Positions 28,291-37,744 of a DNA stretch of 64,000 nt are shown piece by piece. Each line of letters begins with the position of its first letter. The first letter of the stretch is position 1. The notes under the pieces were generated by a model. It was not told where the DNA came from and did no database searches. It saw only the letters and a program-made list of their open reading frames with translations. Source of the DNA: Candidatus Heimdallarchaeota archaeon (GTDB lineage Archaea; Asgardarchaeota; Heimdallarchaeia; Heimdallarchaeales; Heimdallarchaeaceae); the NCBI GenBank assembly GCA_016840095.1, contig JAEOSZ010000006.1, forward strand, positions 1-64,000, in the 5' to 3' direction. A program made the translations under genes and the position numbers.

Positions 28291-29427
28291 GGATGATTCT
28301 GTTTCATCATATTCTTTTTCTGTATCTATACTATTTTTACTTTCTAGTCTCTTTTTCTTCCTTATTTCCCTTCTTTCCTTCTTCCTTTGCTTTCTCTTCT
28401 CCTTTATTTCTTTTCTTTCACCTAAAGGAAGAATATATAACCAGAAGATAGGTAACCAAAGAATCAGCATCACATATCCAAGATAATTATGAATAGGACC
28501 ACCTACATCCCATCCATAAGCATAAGTTATTGCAGTTATAATCATGATTCTTAAAATATTGACTAGATATGTTCCAAGAATTCCAATTAATGTTACTAAT
28601 CCAACTCTAGTAAGAACCCAAAGGATTTTTGATAATCGAATACTAAAATCCTTGAAGAAAGCTTTCTTTCCATTTTCTTCTATAAACTGAGGTACATTTC
28701 GAAAATAAGTATTCAAATTTCTTGATATTGTTATAGTTCCTCTTTCATATCCCCAAAACAGACGTCGTCTTGCTTCAAAAAGCATTATCAAAAAGATTAC
28801 TGCAAAGATAGTAAGTGAATGTATGCCACTGCACTCTGCATTGATAAGAATAGCATCTTCTTGAGATGGAGGTTTTACAAAGTTTATTTGTGTCATAAAT
28901 GTAGTTGGATTCCAGACTACGCTGCTTATTTGCATCCCAAAAACCATTAAAATTGATGAAACAACGGTTCCTGTTAATTTTGTTAATTTCTTAGCAAGAT
29001 CTAATTCGAAAAGATATAGACTGAGTCCTGAGAAGATTAATGCATAAAATACTGTTGTTAATACAACCATATACAATCCTGGAGTTCGATATTTTTTGAA
29101 AAACTTGTCACCCCAGGAGATATAAAGAACCAGAATAAGGGCGAATATTAAACCCAATGGAACTAAAAGATCTGTTAGTATGTAACCTCCTAAAATTGGA
29201 GATAATTTGTTACCGCGATATGTTTCGTAAAGAATGTAAAAATATACAACAAATCCAAATAAAATTGCAGAAACAGAATATCTAAAATATCTATTTTTCA
29301 GATATGGGAGAGCAGGACCAAATAAATCATTTAACTTAGACTGAAACCAGTTAGGTTCTCTAGAAGGAATTGGTTCTGAATTGGTTGTTCTTAGTTCAGT
29401 ATTTTCTTGTAATGAATCATTCAACAT
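28285..29427 (-). CDS. exosortase/archaeosortase family transpeptidase
   Basis: Multi-TM; I.AECSG (Cys), N.LRI (Arg), H...G (His) catalytic pattern. Confidence 0.85.
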   Translation of the reverse strand: MLNDSLQENTELRTTNSEPIPSREPNWFQSKLNDLFGPALPYLKNRYFRYSVSAILFGFVVYFYILYETYRGNKLSPILGGYILTDLLVPLGLIFALILVLYISWGDKFFKKYRTPGLYMVVLTTVFYALIFSGLSLYLFELDLAKKLTKLTGTVVSSILMVFGMQISSVVWNPTTFMTQINFVKPPSQEDAILINAECSGIHSLTIFAVIFLIMLFEARRRLFWGYERGTITISRNLNTYFRNVPQFIEENGKKAFFKDFSIRLSKILWVLTRVGLVTLIGILGTYLVNILRIMIITAITYAYGWDVGGPIHNYLGYVMLILWLPIFWLYILPLGERKEIKEKRKQRKKERREIRKKKRLESKNSIDTEKEYDETESSL

Positions 29428-29578
29428 ATTTACCTCATTGATTTTAGTAATCTTCCCAAATCAGAATCAGTTTTACTTTACAATCTTATTGATTAACAAA
29501 ATATAAACTCTTACAATGTTAAATCTAACGCTTCTTCAAATGCACAGTAATTATTGAAATCGATGAAGTTTGGATTGT

Positions 29579-29788
29579 TCAGTCATCCTCGTAGATTATA
29601 TTATTGTATTTATTATCCACGTTTGGGAATCTAAAATCGGTTGATTGTTTTGATGCATAGTGTTCCCTATAAAAATCTCTTAGTGCAAGTCTTATTGCTT
29701 CTGATCTTGAAGCATATCTACCCTGAAGAACCATTTCATCCAGTATTTCAACGAACTCACTCGGTAATCGTATTGAAATCAAATTCAT
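29579..29788 (-). CDS. ribbon-helix-helix transcription regulator
   Basis: ISIRLP....LD..V..G.Y.SRSEAIR.A.R. Confidence 0.88.
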   Translation of the reverse strand: MNLISIRLPSEFVEILDEMVLQGRYASRSEAIRLALRDFYREHYASKQSTDFRFPNVDNKYNNIIYEDD

Positions 29789-29974
29789 CTGTTAACCCCT
29801 AAACAAATTTTAATCATCATGTTAATGTACGACTGTGCATTTATAGATTTGTAACACTCTTCGTCCTAGATGATTCAGTGGAATATCATCAATGAAACAG
29901 GTTATTTAAGGTTTATGTCGGATGTATATCAGAATCAAAAAAACTAGAATATATTTTCCAGTTTCTTTTCAAGT

Positions 29975-30592
29975 TTATTTTATAGTAACCTGTTTATTGC
30001 ATTTCTCACAAGTAATGGTCATACCGCTGCTTAGAGGTTCTTTGCTTTTGCTCAAAATGTTTCCACAGTAACAAACATATCCCTGGAACCTAGCTGGATT
30101 GCCAAATACTAAACCATGATCTGGAACATCTTTTGAAACTAAACTTCCTGCACCTATCATTGAATGTTCTCCAACAGTAATTCCACAGATAATGGTTGCA
30201 TTAGCTCCAATTGAAGCACCTTTTTTCACTAGTGTTGGAACCAACTTCCATTCCGGATTTGTTGCTCGAGGTAGATAATCATTCGTAAAACAAACATGGG
30301 GACCAATAAATACATCATCCTCAAGTGTTACACCATGGTATACTGAAACAAAATTTTGAATTTTGACATTATTACCTATTGTAACTTCAAAATCTACAAA
30401 AGCAGATTTTCCAAAAATACAATCCTTCCCAATAGATGCACCTTTTCTAATTTGAACCTGATGCCATATTTTTGTTCCATCACCAATAGTTACATCATCC
30501 TCAATGAAAGCTGTAGGATGAACAAAATAACCTTTATCAGTATTCATAATGTGAAATCCCAATAAACAGATAAAAAGCTTTACTCTCTTCAT
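29975..30592 (-). CDS. hexapeptide-repeat sugar N-acetyltransferase (WbpD/WlbB-like) with C-terminal Zn ribbon
   Basis: IG.G..IWH, VKIQN.VS.Y, FTND..PR, GASIGANATI, GNPA, C.C...C..C; likely start 30547. Confidence 0.88.
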   Translation of the reverse strand: MKRVKLFICLLGFHIMNTDKGYFVHPTAFIEDDVTIGDGTKIWHQVQIRKGASIGKDCIFGKSAFVDFEVTIGNNVKIQNFVSVYHGVTLEDDVFIGPHVCFTNDYLPRATNPEWKLVPTLVKKGASIGANATIICGITVGEHSMIGAGSLVSKDVPDHGLVFGNPARFQGYVCYCGNILSKSKEPLSSGMTITCEKCNKQVTIK

Positions 30593-30607
30593 TAAGTCAA
30601 AGAAATC

Positions 30608-31381
30608 CTATTGCTTCATACTACAGATACAATTGATATCTCTCTCAACGTCAAAAGTATCAAAACTATTGTATTGCAAATCAGCGTGCAAAATCTTATT
30701 GGCAAGCAATCTGTTAATGTCTTTAAAAACCAGATATTTTATTGCTTCATTAGCTTCGATTAATCCAAAAAAACCAGCAGTTATTCCCATAATCCCCTCT
30801 TCCCCAGTTGTTGGATATGTTCCTGGGCTAGGTATTTCTTTAAACACACATCGATAACAAGCAGTTTTCTGTGGTAAAACGGTTATCATCTGACCCTCAA
30901 ATTGGAATACTCCTCCGATTACAAATGGTATTCCTAGTTTTATACAAGTATCATTAACAAGAAATTTTGTTTCAAAATTATCACTTGATTCAACTATAAA
31001 GTCATAATTTCTAATTATCCCTTCAATATTCTCTCTGTTTAAATGTAGCTCATGCAGTTCTATTTTGATGTCAGAATTTAATTTGGAGAGTTTGATAAGA
31101 GCGGATTCCGTTTTAGCCTTTCCAATATCAGATTCATAATGTAAAATTTGACGGTTCAGATTTGAAAGTTCAACTTTATCTTTATCTAATAAACCTAAAT
31201 TTCCAACACCTGCTGTAGCTAAGTAATATGCTACACTTGAACCCAAACCACCTAAACCAATAATTAAAACTTTACTTGACTTCAACACTTTTTGTCCTTC
31301 AACACCTATATCAGAGATTATAATTTGACGATTGTATTTTGATAATTCTTCTTTACTAAGCATTTTATAGTCACCTAACAA
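30608..31381 (-). CDS. ThiF/MoeB (E1-like) adenylyltransferase
   Basis: Y.RQ, IGLGGLG, D.D.VELSNLNRQ, DNF.TK, CYRC. Confidence 0.92.
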   Translation of the reverse strand: MLGDYKMLSKEELSKYNRQIIISDIGVEGQKVLKSSKVLIIGLGGLGSSVAYYLATAGVGNLGLLDKDKVELSNLNRQILHYESDIGKAKTESALIKLSKLNSDIKIELHELHLNRENIEGIIRNYDFIVESSDNFETKFLVNDTCIKLGIPFVIGGVFQFEGQMITVLPQKTACYRCVFKEIPSPGTYPTTGEEGIMGITAGFFGLIEANEAIKYLVFKDINRLLANKILHADLQYNSFDTFDVERDINCICSMKQ

Positions 31382-31434
31382 TGAGAATCGAATTCAATAA
31401 ATCTTTCTTATTAATGAGAAAAACTTGAACATTA

Positions 31435-31848
31435 CTAAATGCTTGCCACATATTCTTTCTCTATTAGTCTTCGAAACTTTTCTATTTTTCCATGAAGTGT
31501 TTTTGCTTCCTTTTCTATAATGTTTGGAAGCCTTCCGAAACCTAGTGCTTTTTCATAGCATTTTGAGAAATAATTAAGCTGAAATACAAGTTGTACAATT
31601 CGGGCATATTGAAAGACTTGGTCTGGATCAGTCACTAGAGCTACCTTTAGAGAGATCTCATTTTGTTCTTCAGGACTCAAATCAATGTTTAGACCTTCAC
31701 GATTACACTGGTCAAACAACTTATTGAGCATGATGCGCCCTTTTTTCAATACTTGAGCAAGATCTTGAGCAACTTCAGAAAGTCCAGGGACTTCTTTTCC
31801 TATTGTTTCCGCGCTCTCGGTTATACTTTCAAGATGCATTGTTCCCAC
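31435..31848 (-). CDS. hypothetical helical protein
   Basis: 137-aa ORF filling the gap; TTTTTATAA upstream; no motif recognised. Confidence 0.65.
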   Translation of the reverse strand: MGTMHLESITESAETIGKEVPGLSEVAQDLAQVLKKGRIMLNKLFDQCNREGLNIDLSPEEQNEISLKVALVTDPDQVFQYARIVQLVFQLNYFSKCYEKALGFGRLPNIIEKEAKTLHGKIEKFRRLIEKEYVASI

Positions 31849-31935
31849 TTGAGTTTGATATTATAAAAATTGTTACGCTTCTTATAAGTTTTTTCAGAAT
31901 TTCAAGAATAAAAATAAAGAAAAAGAGTTAGAGAT

Positions 31936-34029
31936 TTAAGGCTCTAAAAGCATTCTTAAGCTAATTAGATGACTATCGATTTCATTCTTCATTTTTTCGA
32001 TTGTTTGTGTTCTTTCTCTAACTAGTTTCATATATGATTCTTTTGTCATGCTTTTTTTGACTCTATATTCTTGACGAAGCATACGAAGATTTCTTCTTTC
32101 TTCGTAAAGTTTTCTCTCAGCTATCTCAATCTTCTGGACATGTTCTTTATATCTTCCACCTAGAATTACTAGAGATTCCTTTGTCTTTTTCAGCACTTCT
32201 TCTTCAGCTCTTTGACGTGCTTCTAGTTTAGCAATCAAATCCTTTCCTTCTTTTGCTTTCAATTTCTTTGCAGCTACTTTGGATCTAGTTTCACGTAATC
32301 GTTCACGTAAAGAGAGTACTTCTTCATATTGTTTAACAAACTCCTCAATCTCATCTATTGGAATGAATTCCCTATCGTCTTCATCAATAACTAAATCCTT
32401 TGCTTTCTTTGTTGACCATCGAATTCCAAGATATATTGCAAAAATTGCTCCTACAATAATTACTTGTAAGAAATAAGTAATCAATATGTTTAATCTTGAA
32501 TATCTAAAGTTAATTATTACTGGTGCATTGTCATTTCCTGAGAAGTTAGTGAATTTGAAACTCATAATTCGTTTGAAACCAAGTGAGGTGAATTTGAATT
32601 TCTTATCGTAACTGATATACATGTCTTGATATGGATCAGGATTGTTGTACTGTATATCTCCATAAACTGCTCCCTTTGGAAGAACAACATCTACATTGAG
32701 CTCATCAACGGTCCAATTCACAATGGAACATGGCGCAAATTGGAATTTGTAATCAATTGTTCCTGGTTCCTTAGTAGTGAATGTGCCCAAAGAAGATTTG
32801 TAAACAATTGTAAAGTCAAATGTGTCTCCATGGAACAATGGAGTTCTTGGAAAGATAACCAGTGCGTCATGTCCCGGATAAATGCTAGGACGTTGATTAT
32901 AATATCCTGGTTTGAATATGTTATCCTCTCTTTGATAAATCTGATTCAATGAACCGATTTCATCGTATAAATCAATAACTGTTGAGTTAACTGGCATAAT
33001 TATTGGAATTGCATTTAATGCATATAACTTGATAGTTATCTCATTGTAATCATCTGGTTTTTCAGGACCAAGAAAAACGATTGATTGAGTTTCTGTTATC
33101 CTAACCAAGCCAAAGGGATCAATCTCAATTTTTCTATAAACATTTGTTGATTTAAACAATACTGTGTTAGCAGGATTTTCAATATCTCCTCCAGTACTGA
33201 CTGATGATAAAAAGACATTTAGCATTAAATCATCATCATACGATTGACTATAATTAAATGGGTTTCTAGTCACATTATCCCACTTTAACAAACCAGTTTC
33301 AGCATCATTAATTAGGGTGATTCCTTCTGTAGCATTGTTAGGTGTTATTACATGATCCACATCATCCAGAAACATATCTCCTCCTTGTTTTTCTACCCAA
33401 ACCAAACCATCGACAATTGGAATGTTGTTTATTAGTGGATAGAACAATTCCTGATATGTGAGTACCTGTTCATTATTTACTAATTCATAAGTATAAGGAT
33501 AAGCAAATTCAGTATAGACATTAATGAAATACTGATCTCCTGTACTAATACTAGTCAGATCTAAATTGAAGGGAACTCTGAAAGTAGTGTAATTTATGTG
33601 TGTTTGATAGGTATAGTCCCTCATAGCTGTGCCATTTCCTATGCCTTCATAAGAAGCATTTGAAACACGGAAGCTTGTGAATGTTATATTGTCCGTATTA
33701 ATATTAGGGAGAGTATAGTTGAAATAAGTAAGACTAGTATTATCATAAATATTCACTTCGATAGAATCTATTAATCCCAAAGTACCATATGTTTGCATCT
33801 CAACAGTTCTATTAACAACTGCAGTTGCATTGAACCCATAGGTAAAATTATTAGCTGAGTTTAAGTAAACTCTTTCACTAATTGGAGTAATGGGATCGCT
33901 TAGAATGTTTGGTTCAGTTGCTGTATTTCCTTCTGAATACCCTTGAACTAAACCTGACATTGTTATTATTGACATCGAAATTACAATTAGTACGGTCAAA
34001 GTAAAAATCTTACTTTTTATTTTCTTCAT
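31936..34029 (-). CDS. ribophorin I (OST1/RPN1)-like oligosaccharyltransferase accessory subunit
   Basis: Signal peptide; V.R.IEI..FG.V...E; D.IG; FPRTPLFHG....F.I.Y (ribophorin I: PRFPLFGGW...Y..GY); VVLP.GA; single TM; cytosolic coiled tail. Confidence 0.75.
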   Translation of the reverse strand: MKKIKSKIFTLTVLIVISMSIITMSGLVQGYSEGNTATEPNILSDPITPISERVYLNSANNFTYGFNATAVVNRTVEMQTYGTLGLIDSIEVNIYDNTSLTYFNYTLPNINTDNITFTSFRVSNASYEGIGNGTAMRDYTYQTHINYTTFRVPFNLDLTSISTGDQYFINVYTEFAYPYTYELVNNEQVLTYQELFYPLINNIPIVDGLVWVEKQGGDMFLDDVDHVITPNNATEGITLINDAETGLLKWDNVTRNPFNYSQSYDDDLMLNVFLSSVSTGGDIENPANTVLFKSTNVYRKIEIDPFGLVRITETQSIVFLGPEKPDDYNEITIKLYALNAIPIIMPVNSTVIDLYDEIGSLNQIYQREDNIFKPGYYNQRPSIYPGHDALVIFPRTPLFHGDTFDFTIVYKSSLGTFTTKEPGTIDYKFQFAPCSIVNWTVDELNVDVVLPKGAVYGDIQYNNPDPYQDMYISYDKKFKFTSLGFKRIMSFKFTNFSGNDNAPVIINFRYSRLNILITYFLQVIIVGAIFAIYLGIRWSTKKAKDLVIDEDDREFIPIDEIEEFVKQYEEVLSLRERLRETRSKVAAKKLKAKEGKDLIAKLEARQRAEEEVLKKTKESLVILGGRYKEHVQKIEIAERKLYEERRNLRMLRQEYRVKKSMTKESYMKLVRERTQTIEKMKNEIDSHLISLRMLLEP

Positions 34030-34245
34030 TATGGAAACCTCGTGTTTCTAATCTTTGTGCCAATGAGGAAGAACGATTTTAAATATTTTGGCCGTTTATA
34101 CTTTTTAAATTTTTGAGAATAACTATTAAATCAACTATCTTACTTCAAATATTCGAAATTTGTCAATTTTAGCTTAGTAATAAAGAAATTTGATAAATTT
34201 CAAAACATTCGGAATATTTTTGTATTTTTAGTACATCAATATACT

Positions 34246-35061
34246 GTGTATTCCCTAAAAATATCTCCTGAAAAACTTGCAAGTATGATCGATCACACAA
34301 ATCTTAAACCATTTGCAACTAAAAACGATATTCGAAAACTATGTGAAGAAGCATTAGAATTTAATTTTGCAGCTGTTTGTGTTAATTCAGAGCATATATC
34401 ATTTTGTACAGAGATTTTGAAAAAATCTGAAGTTGACATTGCAGCTGTAGTTGGATTTCCTTTGGGTGCTACTACGTCAAAAACAAAAGAGGTAGAGACT
34501 AGAGAGGCAGTTGGCTTTGGAGCTAATGAAATAGACATGGTTATGGACATTGGGAGCTTTAGAGAAGGTAATTATTTTGAAGTAGGTAAAGACATTGGAA
34601 AGGTAGTTCAAGCTGCAGATGGTGCAATTGTCAAAGTGATTTTAGAAACTGGATTTCTAACAGATGAACAGATCACCAAAGCAAGTGAAATCTCAAAGAA
34701 TTCAGGTGCCCATTATGTAAAAACCTCAACAGGTTTTGGTCCAATGGGAGCCTTTATCGATCATATAATCCTGATGAGGCAAGCTGTTGGTAAAGATTTA
34801 GGCGTTAAGGCAGCTGGAGGAATTAAAACTGCTAGAACAGCTGTAAGATTGATTAATGCGAGCGCAGATAGATTAGGAGCTAGTGCAGGAGTATCGATTG
34901 TAAATCAATTAAGGAAGATAATTGATGAAGGAGGGTGGTTCTACTCAAGCGAAGACAAACCTGAAGACATATACTCTTGGGGAGCAGCAGATTCTAAAAA
35001 ACAACCTAAGGATGTATATAACTTTTATATTAAAAAGAAACAAGAATTTATGAAGAGATAG
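34246..35061 (+). CDS. deoC: deoxyribose-phosphate aldolase
   Basis: IDHT.LK, VVGFPLG, EIDMV, KVILET, KTSTGF, VKAAGG, RLGAS. Confidence 0.96.
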   Translation: MYSLKISPEKLASMIDHTNLKPFATKNDIRKLCEEALEFNFAAVCVNSEHISFCTEILKKSEVDIAAVVGFPLGATTSKTKEVETREAVGFGANEIDMVMDIGSFREGNYFEVGKDIGKVVQAADGAIVKVILETGFLTDEQITKASEISKNSGAHYVKTSTGFGPMGAFIDHIILMRQAVGKDLGVKAAGGIKTARTAVRLINASADRLGASAGVSIVNQLRKIIDEGGWFYSSEDKPEDIYSWGAADSKKQPKDVYNFYIKKKQEFMKR

Positions 35062-35078
35062 CTAAAGAGAGTAGAAAG

Positions 35079-37733
35079 ATGAAGCGTTTTGATGATAGAA
35101 AGCTTAAGCCTAAACTTACTCCAATGATGCAACAGTGGCAAGACATTAAGAAAGAGTATTCAGAGTACATAATATTCTTCAGGGCTGGAGATTTCTATGA
35201 AACTTTTAATGAAGATGCAAAAATTGCTTCAAAGGTTCTCAATATCACGCTTACTGCACGAACACTAGGTGAAAAGAAGTTCCCTCTAGCAGGAGTACCT
35301 TATCATGCAGTAGATGCTTACATTGCCAAAATGGTAGAAAATGGGTATAAGGTGGCAATGGTTGAACAATTGGAAGATCCACAGACAGCAAAGAAAGTTG
35401 TGAAAAGAGGAGTTGTTCAATTAATCTCTAGGGGGACAATTACATTACCTGAATCTTTAGCAAAGGGGCACAACAATTATCTAGTTGCAATTTACAAAGA
35501 AGGAGATTTAATAGGATTATCAGCTCTAGATTTATCTACTGGTGAATTTTTAGTATCAGATTTTGAAGGAGCAAAAGCAAAGAATTTACTGGAAGTTGAA
35601 TTGAACCGACTTAATCCTTCAGAAATTATTGTAACAAAAGATTTCTGGGAGAAATTAAATATCTATTATAATCAATATAAGTGTTCTATCACCTATAAGG
35701 ATGATTATTTCTTCGATATTGAACAGAGTCTTCAAGAACTTAAAAGACTGTTTGATGTTCTAAGCTTAGACGGTTATGGTGTAAATGAATTCGTGCCCTC
35801 TATTGGAGCAGCAGGAGCTACTCTCAGATATATTAAAGAAACACAGATGAGGGAAAGTTTTCCTAATATCACAAAAATAAGTCAAATTATAAGTAAGGAA
35901 CACATGGTCCTCGATTTTAATTCAATTAGGAATCTTGAGTTAATAGAAAATCTGAGAGATAGAACTGAATATGGGACCTTGAAACAGGTTCTAGATAATT
36001 GTAAATCTTCTGGTGGTTCAAGGCTTTTAACTTCATGGTTATTACGTCCAAGTCTTAATCATACAACCATTCAAAGTAGAATTGATGCAACTGAAGAATT
36101 ATTTACTGATTCATTATCAAGAGAAGAATTGAGAAATATTCTTGGTAAAATGAATGATATCGAACGTCTAATTGGTAGAATATGTCTTGGTAGAAATAAA
36201 CCACGAGATTTAATCGCTCTAAGAAATTCATTAGAACTTCTACCAGACATAAAATCGGTTCTGTCAAAATTCAAAACAGCTCTCATAAAAGACATCCAAA
36301 AGAAAATTGATCCATTACCGGAAGTTGTGAAAATAATAGCAACAGGAATCGAGGATGAAGTTCCTGTAAGTATCAAAGATGGAAATGTCATTAGAGAAGG
36401 GTATAATGAGGAATTAGATGAATTAAGAAAAATACAAAGAAGTGGAAAATCATTTCTTACATCATTAGAAGCAAGAGAAAAAGTACGAACTGGAATTAAG
36501 AATTTAAAAGTTCGATACAATAAAGTATTTGGATATTATATCGAAATCCCGAAAGCTTCTGCAAGCAGTGCCCCTCAGGAATATGAGAGAAAACAAACTC
36601 TTGTTAATGCTGAGAGATTTATTACTCCTGAACTTAAAGAATATGAAGAAAAGATTCTAAATGCTGAAGAAAAAATACTTGTTTTGGAAGAAAAATTATT
36701 TGATCAAATTTCTGAAGAAGTTGCCCAATTTGCTGTAGCTATTCAATTAGATGCAAATTATTGTGCTATGATAGATGTTATCGGGACTTTTGCACAAAAC
36801 GCTGCATATTATGATTATTCAAAGCCAAATATTACCAAGGAGAGCATTATTGAAATTGAGAATGGAAGGCATCCTGTTGTTGAAAGATTATTAGAACAAT
36901 CATCTTTTATTCCAAATGATACTTTGTTAAAGGATGATTCAGAGAGAATTTTGATTATTACTGGTCCAAATATGGGTGGTAAAAGTACACTATTACGACA
37001 AGTTGCTCTTATAGTTTTGATGGCTCAAATTGGAAGTTTTGTCCCAGCTAGTTCAGCAACAATAGGCTTAACTGATAGAATTTTCACAAGAATAGGAGCC
37101 CATGATGTTTTGGTAGAAAATCGTTCAACATTCATGGTTGAAATGTATGAATGTGCAAACATCCTAAATAATGCAACAGAAAAGAGTTTAGTCATTCTAG
37201 ATGAGGTTGGCAGAGGAACATCAACTTATGATGGGGTAGCTATTGCATGGTCAATAACAGAGTATCTTCATGATCACATAGGTAAAAAAGGTCCTAGAAC
37301 CCTTTTTGCTACTCATTATCATGAACTAATAGAATTAGAAGAAAGAATGTCTAGAATCAAAAACTATCATGTTTCAATAAAGAATGTAAATGGAGACATT
37401 CATTTCCTATACAAAGTGGAAGAAGGAGGTATCAGTGAGAGCTTTGGTATTCACGTAGCATCATTAGCTGGATTACCAAAGGATGTTATAACGAATGCAA
37501 ATGATCGCTTATCTTTACTTCATGAACAAGAACTTGAAAAAAGTATAACAAAAGAAACTGATTCTGCAAAAGCAAAAGCCCCAACTAAACGAGTTTCCAC
37601 AAAGCATTCAGCATTCGAAGACATTATAGAAGAAGTTTCCAAATTAGAAATAGATGAAACTACCCCAGTAGAAGCTTTCAAAATCTTAAGTGACCTGGTT
37701 GAAAAAAGTAAAAAATCTTTGAAAACCAAATAA
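35079..37733 (+). CDS. mutS: DNA mismatch repair protein MutS (MutS1)
   Basis: TPMMQQ, GDFYE, GRHPVVE, TGPNMGGKST, STFMVEM, DEVGRGTST, FATHYHEL. Confidence 0.97.
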   Translation: MKRFDDRKLKPKLTPMMQQWQDIKKEYSEYIIFFRAGDFYETFNEDAKIASKVLNITLTARTLGEKKFPLAGVPYHAVDAYIAKMVENGYKVAMVEQLEDPQTAKKVVKRGVVQLISRGTITLPESLAKGHNNYLVAIYKEGDLIGLSALDLSTGEFLVSDFEGAKAKNLLEVELNRLNPSEIIVTKDFWEKLNIYYNQYKCSITYKDDYFFDIEQSLQELKRLFDVLSLDGYGVNEFVPSIGAAGATLRYIKETQMRESFPNITKISQIISKEHMVLDFNSIRNLELIENLRDRTEYGTLKQVLDNCKSSGGSRLLTSWLLRPSLNHTTIQSRIDATEELFTDSLSREELRNILGKMNDIERLIGRICLGRNKPRDLIALRNSLELLPDIKSVLSKFKTALIKDIQKKIDPLPEVVKIIATGIEDEVPVSIKDGNVIREGYNEELDELRKIQRSGKSFLTSLEAREKVRTGIKNLKVRYNKVFGYYIEIPKASASSAPQEYERKQTLVNAERFITPELKEYEEKILNAEEKILVLEEKLFDQISEEVAQFAVAIQLDANYCAMIDVIGTFAQNAAYYDYSKPNITKESIIEIENGRHPVVERLLEQSSFIPNDTLLKDDSERILIITGPNMGGKSTLLRQVALIVLMAQIGSFVPASSATIGLTDRIFTRIGAHDVLVENRSTFMVEMYECANILNNATEKSLVILDEVGRGTSTYDGVAIAWSITEYLHDHIGKKGPRTLFATHYHELIELEERMSRIKNYHVSIKNVNGDIHFLYKVEEGGISESFGIHVASLAGLPKDVITNANDRLSLLHEQELEKSITKETDSAKAKAPTKRVSTKHSAFEDIIEEVSKLEIDETTPVEAFKILSDLVEKSKKSLKTK

Positions 37734-37744
37734 CAAAAATTTAT

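Noticed and set aside
29860-29895. TGATGA...CTGA on the minus strand as a box C/D sRNA
   Set aside because: The spacer is only 7 nt and there is no second C'/D pair
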